Positions 50,201 to 58,488 of a DNA stretch of 64,000 bases are shown here, one piece after another. The stretch is from Thermoproteota archaeon. GTDB taxonomy: Archaea > Thermoproteota > Thermoprotei_A > Sulfolobales > Ignisphaeraceae. The position numbers were made by a program, and so were the translations under genes. The notes below the pieces were generated by a model. That model ran no database searches. It was not told the DNA's origin and saw nothing but the letters and a program-made list of their open reading frames with translations. The stretch's first letter is position 1, and each line of letters opens with the position of its first letter. Where the stretch lies: contig JAUQPB010000001.1 of NCBI GenBank assembly GCA_030550585.1, forward strand, positions 674,525 to 738,524. The letters run 5' to 3'.

Positions 50201-50246
50201 GACTTATCACTAAGGATAGCTATCTTGAGGGGTTGAACATGAGCCA

Positions 50247-51542
50247 ATGGTAAATAACCTAGATCTTATAAAATATAGAGATGAGATTCTACCAAAGTAT
50301 TGGTATAACATAATCCCTGATTTGCCAAAGCCGTTGCCGCCTCCGATGGATCCAAAAGACGGGTTCTCAAGAATAGAACTGTTGCAGAAGATACTGCCGA
50401 GAGAGGTTCTCAGACAGCAGTTCACTGTCGACAGATTCATTAGCATTCCTGATGAGCTTCTAGAGAAGTACACTATAGTTGGTAGGCCAACACCGATCTT
50501 CAGGGCTATTGGTCTAGAAAAGTATTTGGATACCCCGGCGAGGATCTACTTCAAGTATGAGGGGGCTCTTCCAACAGGCTCTCACAAGATAAATACTGCT
50601 ATTGCACAGGTTTACTATGCTTATAGCGATGGTGTAGAGGGGGTTACTACAGAGACTGGCGCTGGTCAGTGGGGGTCTGCTGTAGCTCTTTCAGCGTCTC
50701 TCTATGGGCTAAAGTCATTTGTGTTTATGGTGAGGGTTAGCTATGAGCATAAGCCCGGTAGAAGGGGTCTTATGGAGTTCTACGGCGCTGAGGTGATTCC
50801 AAGCCCATCTAATTTAACTAGATTTGGGTCTGAGTTGCTTAAGAAGGATCCCAGCAACCCTGGTTCGCTTGGCATAGCCATTAGCGAGGCTATAGAGTAT
50901 GCCCTTGACCACGGCTATAAATATGTCATGGGAAGTGTGATGGATGTTGTCCTACTGCATCAAAGTGTCATAGGGCTAGAGGCTATGAAGCAGATGGAGA
51001 TCATTGGTGAGGAGCCAGATGTTATAGTTGGTTGTGTTGGTGGTGGAAGCAATTTTGCTGGCCTTGCCTATCCGTTCATAGGTCTTAGGGGGAAGGGGAA
51101 AAGATTTGTTGCTGTAGGCTCGGCGGAGGTTCCAAAGTTTAGCAAGGGTGTGTACAGATATGACTACCCAGACGCTGCCGGCATTCTGCCAATGCTGAAG
51201 ATGATAACACTTGGGAAAGACTTTGTCCCACCACCTATATACTCTGGTGGCCTGAGATACCACGGTCTCGCACCATCGCTTAGTCTGCTGGTTAAGGAGG
51301 GTGTTGTCGAGTGGGTTGAGTATAGAGAGCCAGAGATATACAGGGCTGCAGCAATATTTGCTAGAACACAGGGGATTGTGCCAGCACCAGAGTCTGCACA
51401 TGCTGTAAAGGCTGTTATAGACATTGCTCTAGAGGCTAAGAAAAGGAATGAGAAGACTGTGATACTATTCAATATGAGTGGCCATGGACTGCTCGACATA
51501 GACAACTACAGGTCTATGATGATGAGGTATGGAAGGCTGTAG
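50247..51542 (+). CDS. trpB: Tryptophan synthase beta chain, TrpB2 (long) type
   Basis: TrpB2-type N-terminus ([23 protein letters not shown]), PLP lysine motif [16 protein letters not shown] loop. Confidence 0.95.
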   Translation: MVNNLDLIKYRDEILPKYWYNIIPDLPKPLPPPMDPKDGFSRIELLQKILPREVLRQQFTVDRFISIPDELLEKYTIVGRPTPIFRAIGLEKYLDTPARIYFKYEGALPTGSHKINTAIAQVYYAYSDGVEGVTTETGAGQWGSAVALSASLYGLKSFVFMVRVSYEHKPGRRGLMEFYGAEVIPSPSNLTRFGSELLKKDPSNPGSLGIAISEAIEYALDHGYKYVMGSVMDVVLLHQSVIGLEAMKQMEIIGEEPDVIVGCVGGGSNFAGLAYPFIGLRGKGKRFVAVGSAEVPKFSKGVYRYDYPDAAGILPMLKMITLGKDFVPPPIYSGGLRYHGLAPSLSLLVKEGVVEWVEYREPEIYRAAAIFARTQGIVPAPESAHAVKAVIDIALEAKKRNEKTVILFNMSGHGLLDIDNYRSMMMRYGRL

Positions 51543-51568
51543 CGAGGAAGAGGACTGGTGGTCTGTCT

Positions 51569-52300
51569 ATGAAGAGGATACTCGTAGCTTATACCACACT
51601 TGGCTATCCATCAAAAGAGAGGTTCCTAGAGTTTGTTTCAAAGGCTGGGAAATTTGGCGTAGACTATCTAGAGATTGGCATACCCCCAAGCTTTGCAAAA
51701 TATGATGGGCCTGCTATTAGGAGAAGCTATGAACATGTCAAGAAACTTGGCATAGACACTAGAGAAGCTCTTAGGGCTGTAGCTAAAAATGCTAGTGCAC
51801 CCATTATAGCATTGACCTATCTAGACGACTATGCAACTGTGCTAAACAGATTTGCTGAAGAGTTGAGCAGTATCGGTATAGAGTATCTTCTTCTGCCAGA
51901 TCTGCTAATAGACTATCTAGACTCCTACAAAGAGGTTCTAGAGACTCTTAGAGCCTGTGGTGTGAAGCCCACACTATTTGTATCGTCTTCAATGCCCGAT
52001 AGACTCATAGAGGAGGTTTCGAAGCATTCAGAGCCGTTTCTATACCTCGGCATAAGACCGGCTACAGGTATTCCGATTCCCGTTGACCCTGTTGTCGTGG
52101 TCAGAAGGGTTAGAAAACTTGTTGACAACACTCTCGTTGTCGGCTTTGGGCTATCTATAGACGACATAGCTAATGCTGTGAACGCTGGGGCAGACGGTAT
52201 TGCTGTTGGGACGGCGATTATAGAGGCTATTGAGAGGGGTGGTATTGAGGAGGCATTCAAGTTGTTGACCAAGCTTAGAGGTGTCCTCAATGAGCTATAA
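51569..52300 (+). CDS. trpA: Tryptophan synthase alpha chain
   Basis: YLEIGIPPSF...DGPAI active-site region. TIM-barrel size. Operon context. Confidence 0.9.
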   Translation: MKRILVAYTTLGYPSKERFLEFVSKAGKFGVDYLEIGIPPSFAKYDGPAIRRSYEHVKKLGIDTREALRAVAKNASAPIIALTYLDDYATVLNRFAEELSSIGIEYLLLPDLLIDYLDSYKEVLETLRACGVKPTLFVSSSMPDRLIEEVSKHSEPFLYLGIRPATGIPIPVDPVVVVRRVRKLVDNTLVVGFGLSIDDIANAVNAGADGIAVGTAIIEAIERGGIEEAFKLLTKLRGVLNEL

Positions 52301-53324
52301 CACAGCTCTTAGAAGGGTTGTGGAAGGCTATAGCCTGTCTGAGGAAGAGGCTAGAGAGCTGGCAACAGGCATAATAAACGGTGCAATACCAGACGTCATC
52401 GTATCGGCTATTCTAGTCGCTTTGCGAATGAAGGGAGAGTCGCCTGAGGAGATCGTGGGGTTCGCCAAGGCTATGAGGGAAAAGGCTCTGAGGATAGAGG
52501 CTAGCCATGCAATAGATGTTGTTGGCACAGGTGGGGATGGGATCGGCACACTAAATGTTAGCACAGCCACAGCCATTCTAACATCAATTGTTCATCCAGT
52601 TGCCAAGCACGGGAATAGAGCTGTTAGCGGTAGAAGTGGTGCAGCAGATGTTCTAGAGGCTCTTGGCTATAGAATCGATGTAGAGCCTCAACAGGCTGCA
52701 GAGCTTCTAAGAAAAACGGGGTTTGTATTCCTATTCGCCCCTAGGTATCATCCGGCAATGAAAAATGTTGCGCCAATTAGAAAGGCGCTGGGGATTAGAA
52801 CGATATTCAATGTTCTTGGCCCCTTGACCAACCCCGGTGGCACTAAGAGACAGGTTATAGGTGTGTTCTCAAACAGCTTTGCAAGGACTGTTGCTAAAGC
52901 TGTTCGAAGGCTGGGCTACGAACATGTTGTGGTGGTACATGGAGAGCCTGGGATGGATGAGGTTAGCCCGGCTGGGAAGACACATGTATACGAGGTTAGA
53001 GGAGACAAGGTGGAGTACTACACTGTTGAGCCAGAGGACTTCGGTGTTAGCAGAATATCGGTGGAGAGGCTAATTGTGTCAGATCCCACAGAATCTGCTG
53101 TAAGGATATTGAGGGCTTCGAAAGGTCTTGACAAATATGCTGAGATTTTCATAAAGCTGAACACGGCATTCGCTCTATATGTAGCACATGTTGTTAGAGA
53201 TCCTAGAGACGGTTTTGAGTATGCAGATCAGCTTTTGCCGATGCTAGTAAATAGGATTGAAAGTCTCGTAAAATACAATGGGGATGTACGGAAATTCGAG
53301 GAGCTGATGAGGATGATACAATGA
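52281..53324 (+). CDS. trpD: Anthranilate phosphoribosyltransferase
   Basis: GTGGDG and KHGNRAVSG motifs. Confidence 0.95.
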   Translation: MSSMSYNTALRRVVEGYSLSEEEARELATGIINGAIPDVIVSAILVALRMKGESPEEIVGFAKAMREKALRIEASHAIDVVGTGGDGIGTLNVSTATAILTSIVHPVAKHGNRAVSGRSGAADVLEALGYRIDVEPQQAAELLRKTGFVFLFAPRYHPAMKNVAPIRKALGIRTIFNVLGPLTNPGGTKRQVIGVFSNSFARTVAKAVRRLGYEHVVVVHGEPGMDEVSPAGKTHVYEVRGDKVEYYTVEPEDFGVSRISVERLIVSDPTESAVRILRASKGLDKYAEIFIKLNTAFALYVAHVVRDPRDGFEYADQLLPMLVNRIESLVKYNGDVRKFEELMRMIQ

Positions 53325-53920
53325 GGGTAAAGCTCAAAATATGCGGTGTTGCAAACATCGACGACGCTATTGAAATTGATAGAATTGGCGTTGACTTCAT
53401 AGGGATGGTAACAGATCCGATAAGCCCTAGGTACGTGCCGGAAGACATCGTTGCAGAGATTAGGAAACATGTCTCTACACCAGTTGTTAGTGTAAAGGTC
53501 CGCGGATCTCCTGCGGAACTCGCCAACAGCTTTGCCGATTACGTGCAGGTGCACAGAGTTTTGAGTATCGACGAGCTTGAGGAGCTTGCAAGCTTCAATT
53601 CAAAAAGGTTTATACTATATGTTCCCGCATCCCTCGACTACATAGACTATCTCAAAAAGGTTCAGAAATACTTCGACCTAGTACTGTTTGACTCTCCTGC
53701 CAAGGGACAGCCAAGCGATCCGAAGGTGCTGAAGACCCTTCTCGACTATCATCCAGGGGCTGGTGTGGCGGGTGGCATAACTCTTGAGAATGTTCATCTC
53801 TACCTAGCTTTGGAGCCTGGCTGGATAGATGTGTCGAGTGGTGTGGAGGTTAGACCCGGTAAGAAGGATTTGGACAAGGTTAGAAGATTGAGGGAGGTGG
53901 TCTACAAGTGGAGGTTATGA
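53321..53920 (+). CDS. trpF: Phosphoribosylanthranilate isomerase
   Basis: N-terminal VKLKICGV motif, ~200 aa TIM barrel, operon context. Confidence 0.85.
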   Translation: MRVKLKICGVANIDDAIEIDRIGVDFIGMVTDPISPRYVPEDIVAEIRKHVSTPVVSVKVRGSPAELANSFADYVQVHRVLSIDELEELASFNSKRFILYVPASLDYIDYLKKVQKYFDLVLFDSPAKGQPSDPKVLKTLLDYHPGAGVAGGITLENVHLYLALEPGWIDVSSGVEVRPGKKDLDKVRRLREVVYKWRL

Positions 53921-55185
53921 AGCTAGGCGATGTTGCTGGAATAGAGGATGTTGTTAAGTGTCTCTACGAGGAAGAGGATGTGTTTGCCGTGTACGAGGAT
54001 CTGACAAAGAGTCTTTACAGCATTGTTGCATGGGGCTCTAGAAACACTGTGAGTAGCAGTAGTAGCAACGCTATTGATGAGGTTGTGCAAGCTCTGAAAA
54101 ATGCTAGGAAGAGGGATTATCTCTACCCACTGGACATAGGGTTAATAGGCTATGTAAGCTACGATGCTGTGAGACTATGGGAGAGGATACCAGATATAAA
54201 GCCATATCCAGAGGAGTGGCCGCTAATCCAAATGTTTGAGCCGATTAACATGGCTGTGTACGACCATGGCAAAGGCGTTGTATATGTAGATGGAGATCCG
54301 AGTCTACTGAAGATCTGTAGAAGCAGAAGAGGAGACACAAACGCTGTACACAAGGTCAGTTTGTATGACTCTATGCTAGATGGAGACAAATTTGTTAGAG
54401 CTGTTGAAGAGACTCTAAAATATGTTAGAGACGGCTATGCGTTTCAGGTAGTTATATCGAGGTTCCAGAGATATGTCTACAGCGGCGATCTCACACAGTA
54501 CTATTTGAATCTGAGAGCGATTAATCCATCGCCATACACATACTTCATAAAATTTGGTGACAGAGCACTGATTGGTGCTAGTCCAGAGCTTCTATTCTCT
54601 CTTAGGAGAGGGGTTGTCGAAACATATCCTATTGCGGGTACTAGGCCTAGGGGCAGAACAGAGGAGGAGGACAAGGCTCTTGAGAAAGAGCTTATGGAGT
54701 CTGAAAAGGATAGGGCTGAGCATCTAATGCTCGTCGATCTGGCCAGAAACGATATTGGAAAGGTTTGTGAGCCGGGGACTGTGAGGGTAGAGAACCTCAT
54801 GTACATAGAGAAGTATAGCCATGTGCAGCACATAGTATCTCGTGTTGTGGGAACCCTAAGAAAGAGGTTTACAGCAGTTGATGTGCTGAAAGCCGTTCTG
54901 CCTGCGGGGACTGTGAGCGGAGCTCCAAAGCCATTTGCCATGAAACTGATTGAAGAACTTGAGGAGTATAAGAGGGGGCCATATGCAGGCTCAGTAGGGT
55001 TCTTCACAACATCTGGAGAAGCCACAATGGCGATAGCGATAAGAACAGCGTTTGTGTTTAAAGACCTTATCAGGCTGCAGGCTGGTGCAGGCATTGTCTA
55101 CGACTCCAACCCGTATATGGAGCTGGAGGAAACAGAGCACAAGCTGGCTGCTTTAAAGAAGGCTCTCGGCATAGGCGGTTGGTGA
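53908..55185 (+). CDS. trpE: Anthranilate synthase component I
   Basis: [12 protein letters not shown] and GTVSGAPK motifs. 425 aa. Confidence 0.95.
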   Translation: MEVMKLGDVAGIEDVVKCLYEEEDVFAVYEDLTKSLYSIVAWGSRNTVSSSSSNAIDEVVQALKNARKRDYLYPLDIGLIGYVSYDAVRLWERIPDIKPYPEEWPLIQMFEPINMAVYDHGKGVVYVDGDPSLLKICRSRRGDTNAVHKVSLYDSMLDGDKFVRAVEETLKYVRDGYAFQVVISRFQRYVYSGDLTQYYLNLRAINPSPYTYFIKFGDRALIGASPELLFSLRRGVVETYPIAGTRPRGRTEEEDKALEKELMESEKDRAEHLMLVDLARNDIGKVCEPGTVRVENLMYIEKYSHVQHIVSRVVGTLRKRFTAVDVLKAVLPAGTVSGAPKPFAMKLIEELEEYKRGPYAGSVGFFTTSGEATMAIAIRTAFVFKDLIRLQAGAGIVYDSNPYMELEETEHKLAALKKALGIGGW

Positions 55186-55772
55186 GCATAGTGGACGTTG
55201 TCCTCATAATAGACAACTACGACAGCTTTGTCTACAACATTGCTCAGATAGTTGGAGAGCTTGGCGCAATGCCAATTGTTGTGAGAAACGATGAGATTTC
55301 GATTTCAGCTGTTGAGAGAATCAACCCCGATAGAATAATCATTTCTCCTGGCCCTGGATCGCCGGAAAAGGCCGAGGATGTTGGGATTTCCACTGAAGTT
55401 GTTAGAAGATTCTATAGGAGCATTCCAATTCTAGGCGTTTGTCTGGGGCACCAAGTGATAGGCTATGCATTTGGCGCGAAGATTAGGAGGGCTAGGAGGA
55501 TAATGCATGGAAAGATATCAACAATAAAGATTGTGAATAGGACAAACCTGTTTAGGGGTGTCCCAGAGGTTTTCAAGGCCACGAGATACAACAGCCTTGT
55601 AGTAGACTCTCTACCAAACAACCTTGTTCTAGACGCCATATCTCTAGACGACGGTGAGATCATGGCTATTCACCACATAGAGTATCCAGTCTATGGGGTG
55701 CAGTTCCATCCGGAAAGCATTGGGACGGAGTATGGAAAGGCTATACTCAGAAACTTTCTGGATTTGGTGTAG
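55179..55772 (+). CDS. trpG: Anthranilate synthase component II (glutamine amidotransferase)
   Basis: Class-I GATase triad region GVCLGHQ and QFHPES. Confidence 0.95.
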   Translation: MVSIVDVVLIIDNYDSFVYNIAQIVGELGAMPIVVRNDEISISAVERINPDRIIISPGPGSPEKAEDVGISTEVVRRFYRSIPILGVCLGHQVIGYAFGAKIRRARRIMHGKISTIKIVNRTNLFRGVPEVFKATRYNSLVVDSLPNNLVLDAISLDDGEIMAIHHIEYPVYGVQFHPESIGTEYGKAILRNFLDLV

Positions 55773-55775
55773 CTG

Positions 55776-56537
55776 ATGGGCAGGGCTCTTCCAGAGTGGT
55801 TGGAGAAGGTAATTAGATATAACATGTCTAGACCGCCAATGAAGATGAGCAGGTTTAGAGCTGTTCACAGTCTCAGATCGAGAATCGAGGAGTTTTACAA
55901 CGCTGGCAAAACAGCTGTTATAGCTGAGTACAAGACCAGGTCCCCATCCGGTTTGCATGTGGAGAGGGATCTGATGGACTATATAAGAACTGTTGAACTG
56001 CATGCAGTTGGTTTGAGTGTTCTAACCGAGGAGCTATACTTTGGAGGCTCTTACAGCAATCTTGTTAGAGCGGCTTCTGCAACCAGCATACCTATACTCA
56101 TCAAAGATATTATTGTTTCGCACAGCCAAATAGAGACGGCTTATAATGTTGGGGCAGACGCTGTTCTTCTAATAGCGTCTATACTAAGTGATAGAGAGCT
56201 TGACAAACTATATGAAGAGGCTAGGGGATATGGTCTAGAAGCCCTTGTAGAGGTTCACACAGTTGAAGAGGCTAGAAACGTTGTGGAGATGGGCTATCCG
56301 ATGATTGGTGTAAACTCTAGAAACCTGCTAACACTAGAGGTTAGCGTGGTCCATGCATACAAAGTTCTAGAGACAATACCAAATAGGTTCACTAAAGTTG
56401 CTGAGAGTGGTATTAAGAGTAGAAGCGATATCGAGTATCTCAGGAGGGTGGGGGCAAAGGCTTTTCTAGTTGGGACAGAGCTTATGAAGAACCCTCTAAA
56501 GATATTCGATCTAGCATCTCCATTCCAGCTGCATTAA
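55776..56537 (+). CDS. trpC: Indole-3-glycerol phosphate synthase
   Basis: VIAEYKTRSPSG motif. TIM-barrel size. Confidence 0.9.
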   Translation: MGRALPEWLEKVIRYNMSRPPMKMSRFRAVHSLRSRIEEFYNAGKTAVIAEYKTRSPSGLHVERDLMDYIRTVELHAVGLSVLTEELYFGGSYSNLVRAASATSIPILIKDIIVSHSQIETAYNVGADAVLLIASILSDRELDKLYEEARGYGLEALVEVHTVEEARNVVEMGYPMIGVNSRNLLTLEVSVVHAYKVLETIPNRFTKVAESGIKSRSDIEYLRRVGAKAFLVGTELMKNPLKIFDLASPFQLH

Positions 56538-56551
56538 TATTAACATTTTTA

Positions 56552-57640
56552 ATGTTGTCAAAGCTCTTTAGTGTGTGGCTGGTCATATTGGAATGCAAAA
56601 ACGTTGAGTGTATTCTTGACGAGGTCGACCAAAAAATTTTTGAGAAGATTGCTAAGCGTGTAAAGGCTTTGCAGAGTCTTGGATATGACCAGGCCAAGCA
56701 GATTCTCTTGTCGAGAAGAGAGAGGGTTGCCGAGATCGTTAGCCAGGGGAATGGGCTTCCCAAAGAATCTGCCAAGCTGCTGCTCAGCTACATAGACGAT
56801 CTAACACTTCAACTCATAAAGCCTTTGACAGTCGCTTTCCTCGGCCCTAGAGGCAGCTTCACGGAGGAGGCAACACTAAAAATCTTCTCTGGTGCCGGTG
56901 TCAAGCCAGTTCCATACCCATCAATCTCAGATGTTTTTAGAGCTGTTGAAAATGGTGAGGTAGACTATGGTGTTGTACCCCTCGAAAACTCTACCGAGGG
57001 TAGTGTGGGGGAGACCCTAGATATGCTGGCCACATCATCTGTCAGAATCTGTGGGGAGACTGAGGTGAGGATAGTCCACAACCTAATAGCCAAGCCGGGT
57101 ACAAGGCTAGAAGATGTCAAGGTTGTTCTAAGCCACCCAATGGCATTGGCACAGTGCAGAAACTTCATATATTCGAGGCTCAAAGGCGTTAGGATAGAGA
57201 CGAGGGCCAGCACAGCAGAGGCTGTTAAAGAGGCTGTTGAAACAGATGGTGTAGCCGCCATAGGGTCTGAGCTGGCAGCCAGAATCTATGGCGGGGAGAT
57301 AGTTGCTAGGGGTATAGAGGACAACAAAGAGAACTACACAAGATTCATAGTAATAGGCTTCAAACCCCTCGAAAAAGGCACAGAAACAAAAACATCAATA
57401 ATATTCACAGTTAAACACATTCCAGGAGCGCTATACAAAGCCCTAGAACCATTTGCAAGCAGAGGCATAAACCTAACGAAAATCGAGTCCAGACCAATAA
57501 AGGGAAAGCCATGGGAGTACATGTTCTTCCTAGACCTCCAAGGCACTCTAGACGACCCAAAAGTGGCAGAAGCAATAGACGAACTGAAAAACAGATCAAC
57601 ATATATAAAAATCCTAGGATCATACAAGAAAATACAGTAG
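56552..57640 (+). CDS. pheA: Prephenate dehydratase with C-terminal ACT domain and an N-terminal chorismate-mutase-like helical extension
   Basis: PDT core (VAFLGPRGSFTEEA...TRF) and ACT region (GALYKALEPFASRGINLTKIESRP). The first ~90 aa resemble an AroQ domain. Confidence 0.9.
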   Translation: MLSKLFSVWLVILECKNVECILDEVDQKIFEKIAKRVKALQSLGYDQAKQILLSRRERVAEIVSQGNGLPKESAKLLLSYIDDLTLQLIKPLTVAFLGPRGSFTEEATLKIFSGAGVKPVPYPSISDVFRAVENGEVDYGVVPLENSTEGSVGETLDMLATSSVRICGETEVRIVHNLIAKPGTRLEDVKVVLSHPMALAQCRNFIYSRLKGVRIETRASTAEAVKEAVETDGVAAIGSELAARIYGGEIVARGIEDNKENYTRFIVIGFKPLEKGTETKTSIIFTVKHIPGALYKALEPFASRGINLTKIESRPIKGKPWEYMFFLDLQGTLDDPKVAEAIDELKNRSTYIKILGSYKKIQ

Positions 57641-57723
57641 AAAACAGAGCAACACATCACAAACAATCCATCCACCACCTCAACAAACCTAATAAGAGCC
57701 TTAAACTGCAAAACCAATACAAA

Positions 57724-57802
57724 GGGCCCGTAGCTCAGCCAGGATAAGAGCGCCGGCCTTCGGAGCCGGTGGTCGGGGGTTCGAATCCCCCCGGGCCCGC
57801 CA
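57724..57802 (+). tRNA. tRNA-Arg (anticodon UCG), CCA encoded, no intron
   Basis: Folded by hand: acceptor GGGCCCG/CGGGCCC, D stem GCUC/GAGC, anticodon stem CCGGC/GCCGG with loop CUUCGGA, variable UGGUC, T arm GGGGG-UUCGAAU-CCCCC, discriminator G, CCA. Confidence 0.9.
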
Positions 57803-57820
57803 CAAAATATTTATAGAATT

Positions 57821-57833
57821 GATGGTATTTCCA
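57821..57833 (+). repeat. Left copy of direct repeat GATGGTATTTCCA (right edge of attL)
   Basis: Exact 13-mer also present at 62186-62198. Confidence 0.85.
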
Positions 57834-57958
57834 ATAAGTTTTATATCTGCCCCCTTGTCACAAACACATGGGAGTTCACGGGACAGTGCATACGTGAAGA
57901 CCAGACGTGGCAAGCCCTGCTCTACCTACATGGGCAGAGAGGGTATAGTGTCAAGGAG

Positions 57959-58273
57959 TTGGCACGTTGGCTTGACATCGGCAAGTCCACTGTCCACAAG
58001 GTTCTGCAGGGGAGCGACGACCACTGCCCGGAACTGCGCATTAAGCTCCACGAAGTATTCTCCGAGGAGCTGCTCCGCATACTGAAGGGCCTTCAGATAC
58101 TCCGCCACTACGGCTTAGTTGATGAAGAGGAGCGCTTGAATAAGACCGTTGTCTTAGCCGTATTCAACGCGCTAATGCAGGATGAGACATTAAAGGAAGA
58201 CGTACTCAACCATTTTCTCAAGTGCTATAAGCAAGACATAATGGAGAGGATATGCGAGCAACCCCCTCTCTAG
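57959..58273 (+). CDS. HTH-containing ORF, probably a 5'-truncated gene (candidate Int(C)-type remnant)
   Basis: The ORF track starts at TTG 57959, but the frame is open back to 57734 (through the tRNA) with no ATG/GTG/TTG. HTH-like segment GYSVKELARWLDIGKSTVHKVL straddles the nominal start. Confidence 0.45.
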   Translation: MARWLDIGKSTVHKVLQGSDDHCPELRIKLHEVFSEELLRILKGLQILRHYGLVDEEERLNKTVVLAVFNALMQDETLKEDVLNHFLKCYKQDIMERICEQPPL

Positions 58274-58488
58274 GAGACTCAAACATCCTATCAACCAATA
58301 TGCACGAGAGCTCTCGTGGATAATCACTACAGCTCCAAGCCTACGTCATTAACCAGTAGCGACATCAGCCAACTAGGGAAACTTCTTTATCCTATTGAAA
58401 GTGTTTCTAGTTTTTTGAACGATTTCAATTTAAAGTCTTATATACCAGGCACCTATAGGATAGGCGGTTAGATGAAGGTGGGTGTAGC

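Larger units (their letters stand above)
45932..50246. mobile_element. Accessory/rearranged block splitting the aro and trp operons (possible remnant of a tRNA-targeting element)
   Basis: All genes are on the opposite strand to the flanking operons. Contains a truncated kinase pseudogene, an orphan tRNA 3' half, an ABC ATPase lacking the H-loop, and 0.8 kb without ORFs. Confidence 0.4.

Noticed and set aside
51516-51525. AUGAUGAUGA at the 3' end of trpB, considered as a possible C box.
   Set aside because: No CUGA D box lies within 80 nt downstream. The sequence is simply coding (..SMMMRYG..).
57701-57913. A 70-aa minus-strand ORF spanning the tRNA-Arg gene.
   Set aside because: It is the antisense of a well-folding tRNA and its flank, so it is an artefact of the ORF finder.
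57819-58085. An alternative-frame 88-aa ORF (MMVFPISF...) just after the tRNA, considered as the true 5' end of the HTH gene via a frameshift.
   Set aside because: Its translation is Ser/Arg/Cys-rich and not protein-like. The other frame reads as a plausible HTH protein well upstream of any junction, so a frameshift is not needed to explain the data.
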